Positions 24,844 to 32,000 of a DNA stretch of 32,000 bases are shown one piece after another. Each line of letters starts with the position of its first letter. Position 1 is the stretch's first letter. Both the position numbers and the translations under genes were made by a program. Below the pieces are notes generated by a model that saw only the letters and a list, made by a program, of their open reading frames with translations, did no database searches and had not been told where the DNA came from. This stretch comes from an uncultured Actinomycetes bacterium (GTDB lineage: Bacteria > Actinomycetota > Actinomycetes > S36-B12 > CAIYMF01), in contig CAWJMG010000001.1 of NCBI GenBank assembly GCA_963843975.1, positions 1,230,001 through 1,262,000 of the forward strand, given 5' to 3'.

Positions 24844-26298
24844 GTGACGCCGCACTACGACGTGATCGTCGTGGGTGCCGGGCTGTCCGGCGTCGGTGCC
24901 GGCGCCCGCCTTCTCGAACGTCCCGGCACGACGTTCACGATCCTCGAGTCGCGCGGCACGATCGGCGGCACATGGGACCTGTTCCGCTACCCCGGCGTGC
25001 GCAGCGACTCCGACATGCACACCCTCGGCTACCCCTTCCGGCCGTGGACCGCGGGCAAGGCGCTCGCCGACGGCCCGTCGATCCTCGAGTACGTCGAGGA
25101 CACCGCGCGCGAGCTCGGCGTCGACCAGCACGTCCGGCTGCACCACCGGGTCACCAGCGCGTCGTGGTCGAGCGAGGACGCGCGCTGGACTGTCGGCGTC
25201 GAGCGCACCGACACCGGTGAGGCGCTCACCTTCACCTGCGGATTCCTCTACTCCTGCACGGGCTACTACCGCTACGACCACGGCTACGAGCCGAGCTTCC
25301 CGGGCCGTGAGGACTACACGGGCACGGTCGTGCACCCGCAGCACTGGCCGGCCGACCTCGACCTGGCCGGGAAGCGCGTGGTCGTGATCGGCAGCGGCGC
25401 CACCGCCGTCACCCTGGTGCCCGCGATCGCGCAGACGGCCACGCACGTGACGATGCTGCAGCGCTCGCCCACGTACGTGACCGCCCTGCCCTCGGAGGAC
25501 CCGGTCGCGGAGGTCGCGCGCAAGGCCCTGCCGCCGGCGGCGGCGTACCGCGTCGTGCGCCGCAAGAACATCGCCACCTCGGCGCTGAGCTATCGCCTGT
25601 CGCAGCGGTTCCCCGACGCCATGCGCCGCCTGCTCATGGACGGCGTCGCCAAGCAGCTGCCCGACGGTTACGACGTCCAGACGCACTTCGGGCCGTCGTA
25701 CGGCCCGTGGGACCAGCGCCTGTGCGTGGTGCCCGACGGAGACCTGTTCGCGGCGATCAGCAGCGGGTCGGCGTCGGTCGTGACCGACCGCATCGCGCGC
25801 TTCACGACCACCGGGCTGCTGCTCGAGTCGGGGGAGGAGCTCGAGGCCGACGTCGTGGTCACCGCGACCGGGCTCGAGCTGCTGCTCATCGGCGGGATGA
25901 CGCTGACCGTGGACGGTGTGGACGTCGACGCCACGAAGACCGTGGCGTACAAGGGGATGATGCTCACCGGCGTGCCGAGCTTCGCCTTCGCAGTCGGCTA
26001 CACGAACGCGTCGTGGACTCTCAAGTGCGACCTTGTGAGCAGGTACGTCGTCCGCCTGCTCGACCACATGCAGCAGAACGGCTTCGACGCCGTCACACCC
26101 GTCGAGCCGCCCGAGCCCGAGCGTCTCCCGCTGCTCGACCTCTCCTCCGGCTACGTGCAGCGCGCCGCGGGATCCCTTCCCTCTCAAGGCATCCGCCCGC
26201 CGTGGAAGCTGAACCAGAACTACCGCAAGGACGTCGCCCTGCTCACCCGGGCACCGGTCGACGACGAGGGCGTCACCTTCACGAGGAGAACTGCATGA
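24844..26298 (+). CDS. Type I Baeyer-Villiger / flavin-containing monooxygenase (EthA-like)
   Basis: GTG 24844 follows GGAGGAG. FAD GxGxxG motif (VVGAGLSGVGAG), BVMO fingerprint YTGTVVHPQHWP, and NADP GxGxxA motif (VIGSGATAV). Confidence 0.9.
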   Translation: MTPHYDVIVVGAGLSGVGAGARLLERPGTTFTILESRGTIGGTWDLFRYPGVRSDSDMHTLGYPFRPWTAGKALADGPSILEYVEDTARELGVDQHVRLHHRVTSASWSSEDARWTVGVERTDTGEALTFTCGFLYSCTGYYRYDHGYEPSFPGREDYTGTVVHPQHWPADLDLAGKRVVVIGSGATAVTLVPAIAQTATHVTMLQRSPTYVTALPSEDPVAEVARKALPPAAAYRVVRRKNIATSALSYRLSQRFPDAMRRLLMDGVAKQLPDGYDVQTHFGPSYGPWDQRLCVVPDGDLFAAISSGSASVVTDRIARFTTTGLLLESGEELEADVVVTATGLELLLIGGMTLTVDGVDVDATKTVAYKGMMLTGVPSFAFAVGYTNASWTLKCDLVSRYVVRLLDHMQQNGFDAVTPVEPPEPERLPLLDLSSGYVQRAAGSLPSQGIRPPWKLNQNYRKDVALLTRAPVDDEGVTFTRRTA

Positions 26299-27140
26299 AG
26301 CGCTACGTCGTCGACGGCGGCACCGCGGTGCTCACGGGCGCTGCCGGCGGCATCGGCCGCGCGACCGCGCACGAGCTCGCCGCGCGCGGCAGCAACCTCG
26401 TGCTGCTCGACAAGAACGCCGAGGCGCTCGAGGACGTCGCGGCCGACCTCCGCGTTCGCCGCCCGGACCGCTCGATCTCGACGTACGCCGTCGACCTGTC
26501 CGACGCCGAGACCGCGCTCGACGCCGCCAGCACCATCCGCGACGCGCACCCCAACATCCACCTGCTCGTCAACAACGCCGGCGTCGCGCTCGGCGGGCGC
26601 CTCAGCCAGATCAGCCTCGACGACGTCGACTGGCTCATGTCGGTCAACTTCCGCGCCGTCGTCGTCATGACCCACACGCTCCTGCCGCGGCTCACCGCGA
26701 CGCGCGGCGCGCACGTCTGCAACATCTCCAGCCTGTTCGGGATCATCGGCCCCGGTGGTCAGACGGCGTACTCGGCCAGCAAGTTCGCCGTGCGCGGCTT
26801 CAGCGACGCGCTGCGCCAGGAGCTCGCCGAGCACGAGGTGGGCGTCACGACGGTGCACCCCGGCGGCATCCGCACCGAGATCGCCAACAGCGCGCGGGTC
26901 GGCGCCGGTGTCGACCGTGCGGAGTACGACGCCCACAAGGCTGTGTGGGACCGCATGCTCTCGCTCGACCCGGCCGTTGCGGGGCGCAAGATCGTCGACG
27001 GCGTCGAGCGCCGCAAGAACCGCGTGCTCATCGGCCGCGAGACGTACGCGCTCGATGCGCTCGCCCGCATCACGCCCGCCCACTACGGCCAGGTGCTCGC
27101 GGTCGGCGAGAAGCTGATGACCCGCGGCGTACGCCGCTAG
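26295..27140 (+). CDS. SDR family oxidoreductase
   Basis: TGAAGGIG cofactor motif, NNAG, and YSASK catalytic motif. Its ATG overlaps the BVMO stop (ATGA). Confidence 0.9.
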   Translation: MKRYVVDGGTAVLTGAAGGIGRATAHELAARGSNLVLLDKNAEALEDVAADLRVRRPDRSISTYAVDLSDAETALDAASTIRDAHPNIHLLVNNAGVALGGRLSQISLDDVDWLMSVNFRAVVVMTHTLLPRLTATRGAHVCNISSLFGIIGPGGQTAYSASKFAVRGFSDALRQELAEHEVGVTTVHPGGIRTEIANSARVGAGVDRAEYDAHKAVWDRMLSLDPAVAGRKIVDGVERRKNRVLIGRETYALDALARITPAHYGQVLAVGEKLMTRGVRR

Positions 27141-27172
27141 CGCCAGCCGCGGCACAACTGTCCGAAGCGCGC

Positions 27173-27209
27173 GAAGACCACCGGATCGCAGTGGATTCCG
27201 GTGGTCTTC
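27173..27209. terminator. Bidirectional hairpin between convergent genes
   Basis: GAAGACCACCGGA-tcgcagtggat-TCCGGTGGTCTTC is a perfect 13-bp stem. It lies between the SDR stop (27140) and the stop at 27237. Confidence 0.55.
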
Positions 27210-27236
27210 ACGCACCTCGTGCGCGGCCGCGGGGGA

Positions 27237-27944
27237 TCAGGTGGGGACAGGGCCGTACCTGTTCGGCCCCGGCGTGCCGGCCTGCACCATGAAGACGATG
27301 AGCACGATGCCGCCGAACGGCACGAACGAGATGAGGTACCAGAGGCCCTCACGATCGGTGTCGTGCAGCCGCCGGATCGCGACCGGCAGGCCCACGATGA
27401 ACAGCACGACCGCCATCACGAACAGCAGGATCCCGAGGATGATGACAGCTGTCACCGCGCCCGGGCTCGGGTCCGCCACTGGCTGGCGCACCCCGTTGCG
27501 GTACGTCGGGCTCGGGAACGCTGCCGCGAAGAGCACGATCAGCGCGATGTACGGCACCAGGAAGACGAGCATCTGGAACAGGTAGAACCACCAGTACTCG
27601 CCCACGGTCGCGCGGCTCGAGTAGTCCTTCCAGCCGGCGAACGCGCGCTTGATCGCCTCGCCGAACCCGACCTTGCGCGGCTGCACCACCGGGGCGCCGT
27701 ACACCGGGTAGCCGTACGCCGGTGCTCCGTAGGCCGGGGTCGGCGCGTACGACCCGACGACAGGAGCCGGAGCGGGGGCCGGGGCCGACTGCCACGCCGG
27801 CGCGGCGGGAGCTGCGGGCGTCGCGGGCAGGACGTGGCTGGTCCAGGACGAGCCGTCCCAGTAGCGGATCTGCGTGGCGTCCGCGGGATCCGGGTACCAG
27901 CCCACGACGGGCTGGCTCGGCTGGACGGGCTGGTCGCCGCTCAC
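27237..27944 (-). CDS. DUF2510 + DUF805 membrane protein
   Basis: The N-terminal GWYPDPADATQIRYWDGSSWT is DUF2510. A Pro/Ala-rich linker follows. The C-terminal DUF805 part is GRATVGEYWWFYLF...IRRLHDTDREGLWYLI. The start is uncertain: GTG 27944 or ATG 27983. Confidence 0.75.
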   Translation of the reverse strand: MSGDQPVQPSQPVVGWYPDPADATQIRYWDGSSWTSHVLPATPAAPAAPAWQSAPAPAPAPVVGSYAPTPAYGAPAYGYPVYGAPVVQPRKVGFGEAIKRAFAGWKDYSSRATVGEYWWFYLFQMLVFLVPYIALIVLFAAAFPSPTYRNGVRQPVADPSPGAVTAVIILGILLFVMAVVLFIVGLPVAIRRLHDTDREGLWYLISFVPFGGIVLIVFMVQAGTPGPNRYGPVPT

Positions 27945-28173
27945 GTGGATCCCCTCGCTGCGCACACCGCGCGGTCGGTCCACGCGCCTCGCCGGCGCAC
28001 CGAGCGGCGCGTCGACGTCGTCTCGACACTACTGCGTACGCCGCCCGCGCCCAGGCTGTGAGCAGCGGAACACAGCCGGACGCGGGCGCCGTCCCTAGGC
28101 TGGAGCCGACGCCCGACGGCCACGCCGCCGGCACGGGCCGCGGCGGTCGCGGGCGCCACCGCCGAGGTGACCC

Positions 28174-28605
28174 ATGACGACCGCGCTCGACCCTGCATCC
28201 ACGACCGACGTCCGCCCCTGCTCCTTCCGTCGGGTCTTCATCCCGGTCGAGGCGGTGGTCGCGGTCGGTGCCGTCTCCGGCACCTGGCAGCTCTGGACCG
28301 GCACCTACGCGCCGCCGGTCTCCGACCTCGAGCCGCTCGGGCTGACGAGCTGGAAGGTGCCGGCCGTCTGGCTGCTCTGCTCTGTCGGGATCCCCTCGAC
28401 CGTCGCCCTCGTGGCCGCCGTGCGGCGCCACCCGAGGACACCTGAGGTCGTGCTCGGCGCGAGCGCCCTGCTCCTCGTCGAGGTCGCCGTGCAGATCCCG
28501 TTCGTGGGGCCGAGCGCGCTGCAGGCGGTGTTCGGCAGCGTCGCGCTCGGGCTCGGTGGCCTCGCCCTCGTGGCCCGGCGCCGCGGCACCTGGCGCCGCG
28601 ACTAG
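28174..28605 (+). CDS. Hypothetical membrane protein
   Basis: 143 aa with about 4 hydrophobic helices. ATG follows GAGGTGA. No recognised family. Confidence 0.5.
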   Translation: MTTALDPASTTDVRPCSFRRVFIPVEAVVAVGAVSGTWQLWTGTYAPPVSDLEPLGLTSWKVPAVWLLCSVGIPSTVALVAAVRRHPRTPEVVLGASALLLVEVAVQIPFVGPSALQAVFGSVALGLGGLALVARRRGTWRRD

Positions 28606-28677
28606 GCCGAGCCGACGGACGGCCCGCGCGGCGGAATGCGCGCGGTCCCAGCGGGATCGGGCCGGTACGGTCGCGGC

Positions 28678-28992
28678 ATGTCCGAGCAGATCGTCACGAT
28701 CTTCCGCAACAGGCTCCGGCCCGAGCATCGCGAGGCCTACTCCGTGACCAGCGCGCGGATGACCGAGCTGGCCGAGGCCATGCCCGGCTTCGTCGACGCC
28801 AAGACCTTCACGGCCGACGACGGCGAACGCGTCACGATCGTGACGTTCGCCGACCTCGCGAGCGAGCGCGCGTGGCGCGACCACCCGGAGCACCGCGACG
28901 CGCAGCGCCAGGGGATCGCGGACTTCTACGCCGAGTACTCCATCCAGGTGGGCACGGTCATCTACGACCGCACCTACCGCCACGACCTCTGA
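28678..28992 (+). CDS. Antibiotic biosynthesis monooxygenase (ABM) domain protein
   Basis: MSEQIVTIFRNRLRPE...GERVTIVTFADLASERAWRDHPEHRDAQ is an ABM-type ferredoxin-like domain. Confidence 0.7.
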   Translation: MSEQIVTIFRNRLRPEHREAYSVTSARMTELAEAMPGFVDAKTFTADDGERVTIVTFADLASERAWRDHPEHRDAQRQGIADFYAEYSIQVGTVIYDRTYRHDL

Positions 28993-29040
28993 CCGGGGCG
29001 TCGCACGGCCACCCTGTGGCCTCCGGGGACGGCGTCCGGC

Positions 29041-29307
29041 TCAGGCCGCGTGGTTGCGCGGCACCGGGTAGAGCGGGAGACCGAAGCGGCGCAGGGCCGC
29101 GTTGACGCGTGCGAAGGCCACCGGCCCCGGCTCGAGCCCGGCCTGCAGGCAGAAGTGCTTCTTGCTCGGGGCGTTACGGCGGATCCGGGCGACCTCGGCC
29201 CGGTCGTCGAGAATGCTCGACCGCGCGTCGGGCCGCGGCTCGCTGCGTCGCAGGTCGTCGAGGTCGAGGAAGGATTGCTGCACTGGCTCGCGGTTCACGT
29301 CGTACAT
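29041..29307 (-). CDS. Hypothetical small protein
   Basis: 88-aa ORF with a strong G/C third-position bias. No family recognised. Confidence 0.45.
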   Translation of the reverse strand: MYDVNREPVQQSFLDLDDLRRSEPRPDARSSILDDRAEVARIRRNAPSKKHFCLQAGLEPGPVAFARVNAALRRFGLPLYPVPRNHAA

Positions 29308-29451
29308 CGAACGGCCCTCCCACCACGGAGCTTCGTCCCGCCTCCATTGTCGTCCACCGCACGGCGTGACCTGAGCAGAAGCCGGATGATTCCTGGCGTT
29401 TTCCGGCCGCAGCCCCCGAACCCGCGAGGCGTGCTGACACCGGATGGCCGC

Positions 29452-30498
29452 TCAATGGCGCACGGCGAAACCGTCGAGCTTCACCGCCGGGCGGCCCGGC
29501 GTGCCCGCGACCTTGATCACGACCGTGCGCACGTCGACCGTGGCGAACTTCACCGTGGCGAGAACCGTCCGAGGCACGGTGGCGGCGGCCCGGGTGTCGA
29601 AGGTGCCCAGCTTGGTCGTGCCCTGCCAGATCGAAAAGACGCCGCAACCTGGGCACTTGATGCCGATCACCCGGAACTGGCTGCCCTTGAACGTGATGCG
29701 CGCCGTCGCACCGGCTAGCCCGGCACGCTCGACCGAACCCAGCCACGCCGACGTCGACGCAGCCGACGCCCAGGTGGTGGAGTATTTCGCGATCGACTGG
29801 TCGAACGGCACGATCGCCGGCCCGCTGATCGGGGGGTTCGGCGCCATAGCATTCCCGAACGCGTCGTACGCACGTGCACGGAACCGGTAGTTCTCGCCGG
29901 GCACACTCGCGATGCCGCCAGTGCCGAAGGTGTGGACCGACCCCGTCGTGCCTCGCAGCCAGGGCTTCCAGACGCCACCCGCCGCGTAGGGAAGGACGTC
30001 GACGTCGAAGGTGACCCCAGCCGGCACCGTCCATCCGGGTGCGGTGAGCCGGACCGGGAAGATCCGCTTGGTCGAGGTCTTGGACACCGGGTCGGCGAAC
30101 GACACGGCGGTGCCGAGAGCGGTGGCGCTGCGGCTCGACGCTGCACCCGGGTTGCCCGACGTGTCGTCCGCGCTGAACGAGTAGGCGTAGGTCGCTCCGA
30201 GCGTGAGGCCGGTGTCGGTCCACGTCATGGTGCTGGCGGGGGCGGGCGGCAGCGGCACCGTGAACGGGACAGCAACGCCGCCCGTCGGCGTCCGCGTGAC
30301 CAGGAGGTTCGCCCGGTCCGAGTCAGATGGCAGGTCGAGCGTGAAGATGATCGACGAGCCGGCGAGGACGGCGGGGTGCGGCGTCACCGAGCCGGGTGGA
30401 GTCGTGTCGCCGACCGCGGACGCCGGTGACGGCGCGACCAGCACCGTGAGAAGCGCCCCGGACGCGACGGCAACCCACACAGAAGGACGAACGACCAT
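29452..30498 (-). CDS. Secreted protein with FN3/Ig-like beta-sandwich repeats
   Basis: The start at MVVRPSVWVAVASGALLTVLVAPSPASA is a signal peptide. It is followed by beta-rich repeats (e.g. TMTWTDTGLTLGATYAYSFSADDTSGN) and a C-terminal beta-sandwich-like module. Confidence 0.7.
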   Translation of the reverse strand: MVVRPSVWVAVASGALLTVLVAPSPASAVGDTTPPGSVTPHPAVLAGSSIIFTLDLPSDSDRANLLVTRTPTGGVAVPFTVPLPPAPASTMTWTDTGLTLGATYAYSFSADDTSGNPGAASSRSATALGTAVSFADPVSKTSTKRIFPVRLTAPGWTVPAGVTFDVDVLPYAAGGVWKPWLRGTTGSVHTFGTGGIASVPGENYRFRARAYDAFGNAMAPNPPISGPAIVPFDQSIAKYSTTWASAASTSAWLGSVERAGLAGATARITFKGSQFRVIGIKCPGCGVFSIWQGTTKLGTFDTRAAATVPRTVLATVKFATVDVRTVVIKVAGTPGRPAVKLDGFAVRH

Positions 30499-31015
30499 GA
30501 CCCCACCCCTGAACGACGACGACCCCCGCCGGAACCACATCACGGACCGGAAGGTTCCGGCATCGTCCGTTGTGATCAGACCGCGGCCGTTCGGCGCAAC
30601 GTCGCCCGGGATGTGCGAAGGGCGGCCCCGTCGGGACCGCCCTTGCGTCACGTGCGCGAGGGGGGAGTTGAACTCCGAGTGGGGTACGACCGTTCGTTGG
30701 TGTCACGTGCCGTGGACTGCCATCGCCGCAGGTCAGGCGTCCGCTGACTGACGGGACTGCTCGGTTAGCGGGCTGTATTCACAGGTTGTTCGTGACCAAC
30801 TGCGTGACCACTGGGTCCCGGGCGCGCGCTCGCATCTAGTCAGCCGCGAACACCGCTGCGTGGCGCCAGGTCGCTCTGCTTGGGCCAACGCCTTCCAATC
30901 CACCCCCAAACGCCTAGACCCGCCCAGTGGTTGGAGCGTCACCGGTGGACGCGACCAGGCTCCGATCGCCACGAGCTGCGAGTGGCCACGGGTTGGGGCC
31001 AACCCATCTGTCGCC

Positions 31016-31447
31016 TCAGGCAGTCGCGCGGCTATCCGCCCTACCCACAACCGGCTCGACCGCATCCACCAACCGCTTCAGTTCCAGGTAGTAGCGGTCC
31101 TGCAGTCCTTCGGTACCGAATTCAAGAACCGCCTGAGCCCGGCAAAACGCTGCCAGCGCCTCGCTTTGCCGGAGTGCCTCGTCCTCAGGCGTTTGGTGGG
31201 AGCCTCCCGCTTCTGACTTGCGACCGTAGGCGGCAACCTCGTGTCGGAAGTTGCGAAGGTTGCGCTCGAAGGATTCGACCAGCGCCTTCGCTCGCTTGTA
31301 GTCGCGATCAGCGCCACGGCGACAGGTCTCCGAACAGAACTCACGTCGTCGACCGCGCCCCGCCGTCTGGACGATCGGATTGCGGCAAGAGAGTCGACCG
31401 CAGTACTCGACGACCTCAAAGTCTTGATCGGTGAGGGGCTCAGTCAT
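31016..31447 (-). CDS. Hypothetical zinc-ribbon (TRASH/FCS-like Cys4) protein in lower-G+C region
   Basis: YCGRLSCRNP-x-EFCSETCRR has C-x4-C-x16-C-x3-C spacing, followed by a helical tail. Codon usage has more A/T at the third position than the core genes. Confidence 0.55.
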   Translation of the reverse strand: MTEPLTDQDFEVVEYCGRLSCRNPIVQTAGRGRRREFCSETCRRGADRDYKRAKALVESFERNLRNFRHEVAAYGRKSEAGGSHQTPEDEALRQSEALAAFCRAQAVLEFGTEGLQDRYYLELKRLVDAVEPVVGRADSRATA

Positions 31448-31829
31448 GATGGTCCGTTTGTTCGCGCGAAATTGGGCTCATTGGCTGCACCTTTGGGGCT
31501 CTCACGCCACGAGAATCTCACGCTCAGACCACTCGGCGAGGGTTGGCGCGCCGAACTACAACGATGTTTTTGCGCGCGAATATGGGCGCTTTTCACGGCC
31601 GATTGTCCGCTGAGCCCGGCGTGGCGGGCGCTCAGCACGGCAGGGGCGGTGTACGACTAGATCTGTCCGGGTCCAGATGGCCGGGACGTAAGCGCGCGAA
31701 AACACCAAAGCGCCCGGCGGCTAGGCCGGGCGCTAAGGCGCACGAGACGGTGATGTCTCTGCATGTGATCTGTCATGACATCACTCCTTCTGGTGCTCGC
31801 GCAATGCCTCGAAGCAGAAGGAGAAGCAG

Positions 31830-32000
31830 GTGCGGTTCAGCGTAGGTAAGGACACCGGCGGTCACGACACGTGGTGGCTCTACGGCGCCAACAACGAGCT
31901 GGTCGCGTGGGCAGGCGAGTCATTCGCTTCTGCCTTCAACGCCCAGCGTGCTGCGAAGTCGTTCAAGGCTGGGGCCAAGTCCGCCCGGTACGACATCTAC
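31830..32000 (+). CDS. DUF1508 (YegP-like) domain protein, 3'-partial
   Basis: GTG 31830 follows AAGGAG. VRFSVGKDTGGHDTWWLYGANNELVAWAGESFASAFNAQRAAKSFKAGAKSA fits the YegP repeat pattern. It runs off the window. Confidence 0.6.
   Translation, partial: MRFSVGKDTGGHDTWWLYGANNELVAWAGESFASAFNAQRAAKSFKAGAKSARYDIY

Noticed and set aside
30652-31015. tRNA gene, tRNA 3' fragment or att site, and ORFs 30733..31065 (-) and 30860..31216 (+), at the compositional boundary.
   Set aside because: No T-arm/acceptor-like sequence (GGTTCGAATCC type) or cloverleaf is discernible. The ORFs have no coding bias and implausible Arg/Ser/Pro-rich products. Direct repeats cannot be assessed without the other island end.

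Overview
Very high-G+C Actinomycetota chromosomal segment. It is mostly core or housekeeping genes, with a lower-G+C, island-like region starting near 30.65 kb. I see no rRNA, tRNA or CRISPR array.

Recognisable genes, in order:
- 3' part of the proteasome activator bpa, then serS
- three GNAT acetyltransferases, an amidase and a Cof-type HAD hydrolase
- a c-di-AMP (ydaO-type) riboswitch in front of an NlpC/P60 peptidase
- a csoR-copZ-copA copper efflux operon with a CsoR operator
- an AAC(2')-I-like acetyltransferase and DUF4446
- a channel-like membrane protein coupled to a UPF0016/GDT1 cation transporter
- a SEC-C motif protein, a glycerophosphodiester phosphodiesterase, a GlcD-like FAD oxidase and an Fpg/Nei glycosylase
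- two ABM-domain proteins, an intact IS30-family element, DinB and an EamA transporter
- a frameshifted lipoprotein gene
- a translationally coupled EthA-like Baeyer-Villiger monooxygenase plus SDR pair
- a DUF2510/DUF805 membrane protein and a secreted FN3-like protein

I could not identify a complete novel multi-gene system such as a defence island. The least explained signals are non-coding:
1. A long palindromic intergenic element (24-bp stem) is present three times, and one copy is split by the IS30 element.
2. A pair of about 78-bp inverted repeats brackets exactly one gene, the GlcD-like oxidase.
3. A 62-bp tandem repeat with a perfect palindromic core has a related fragment 5 kb away.
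4. A possible tiny sRNA or terminator has a C-rich loop.
5. The start of the lower-G+C island carries TTCGCGCGAA-type palindromes, a zinc-ribbon protein and a DUF1508 gene.

All family assignments come from reading the translated ORFs. No database search was run.
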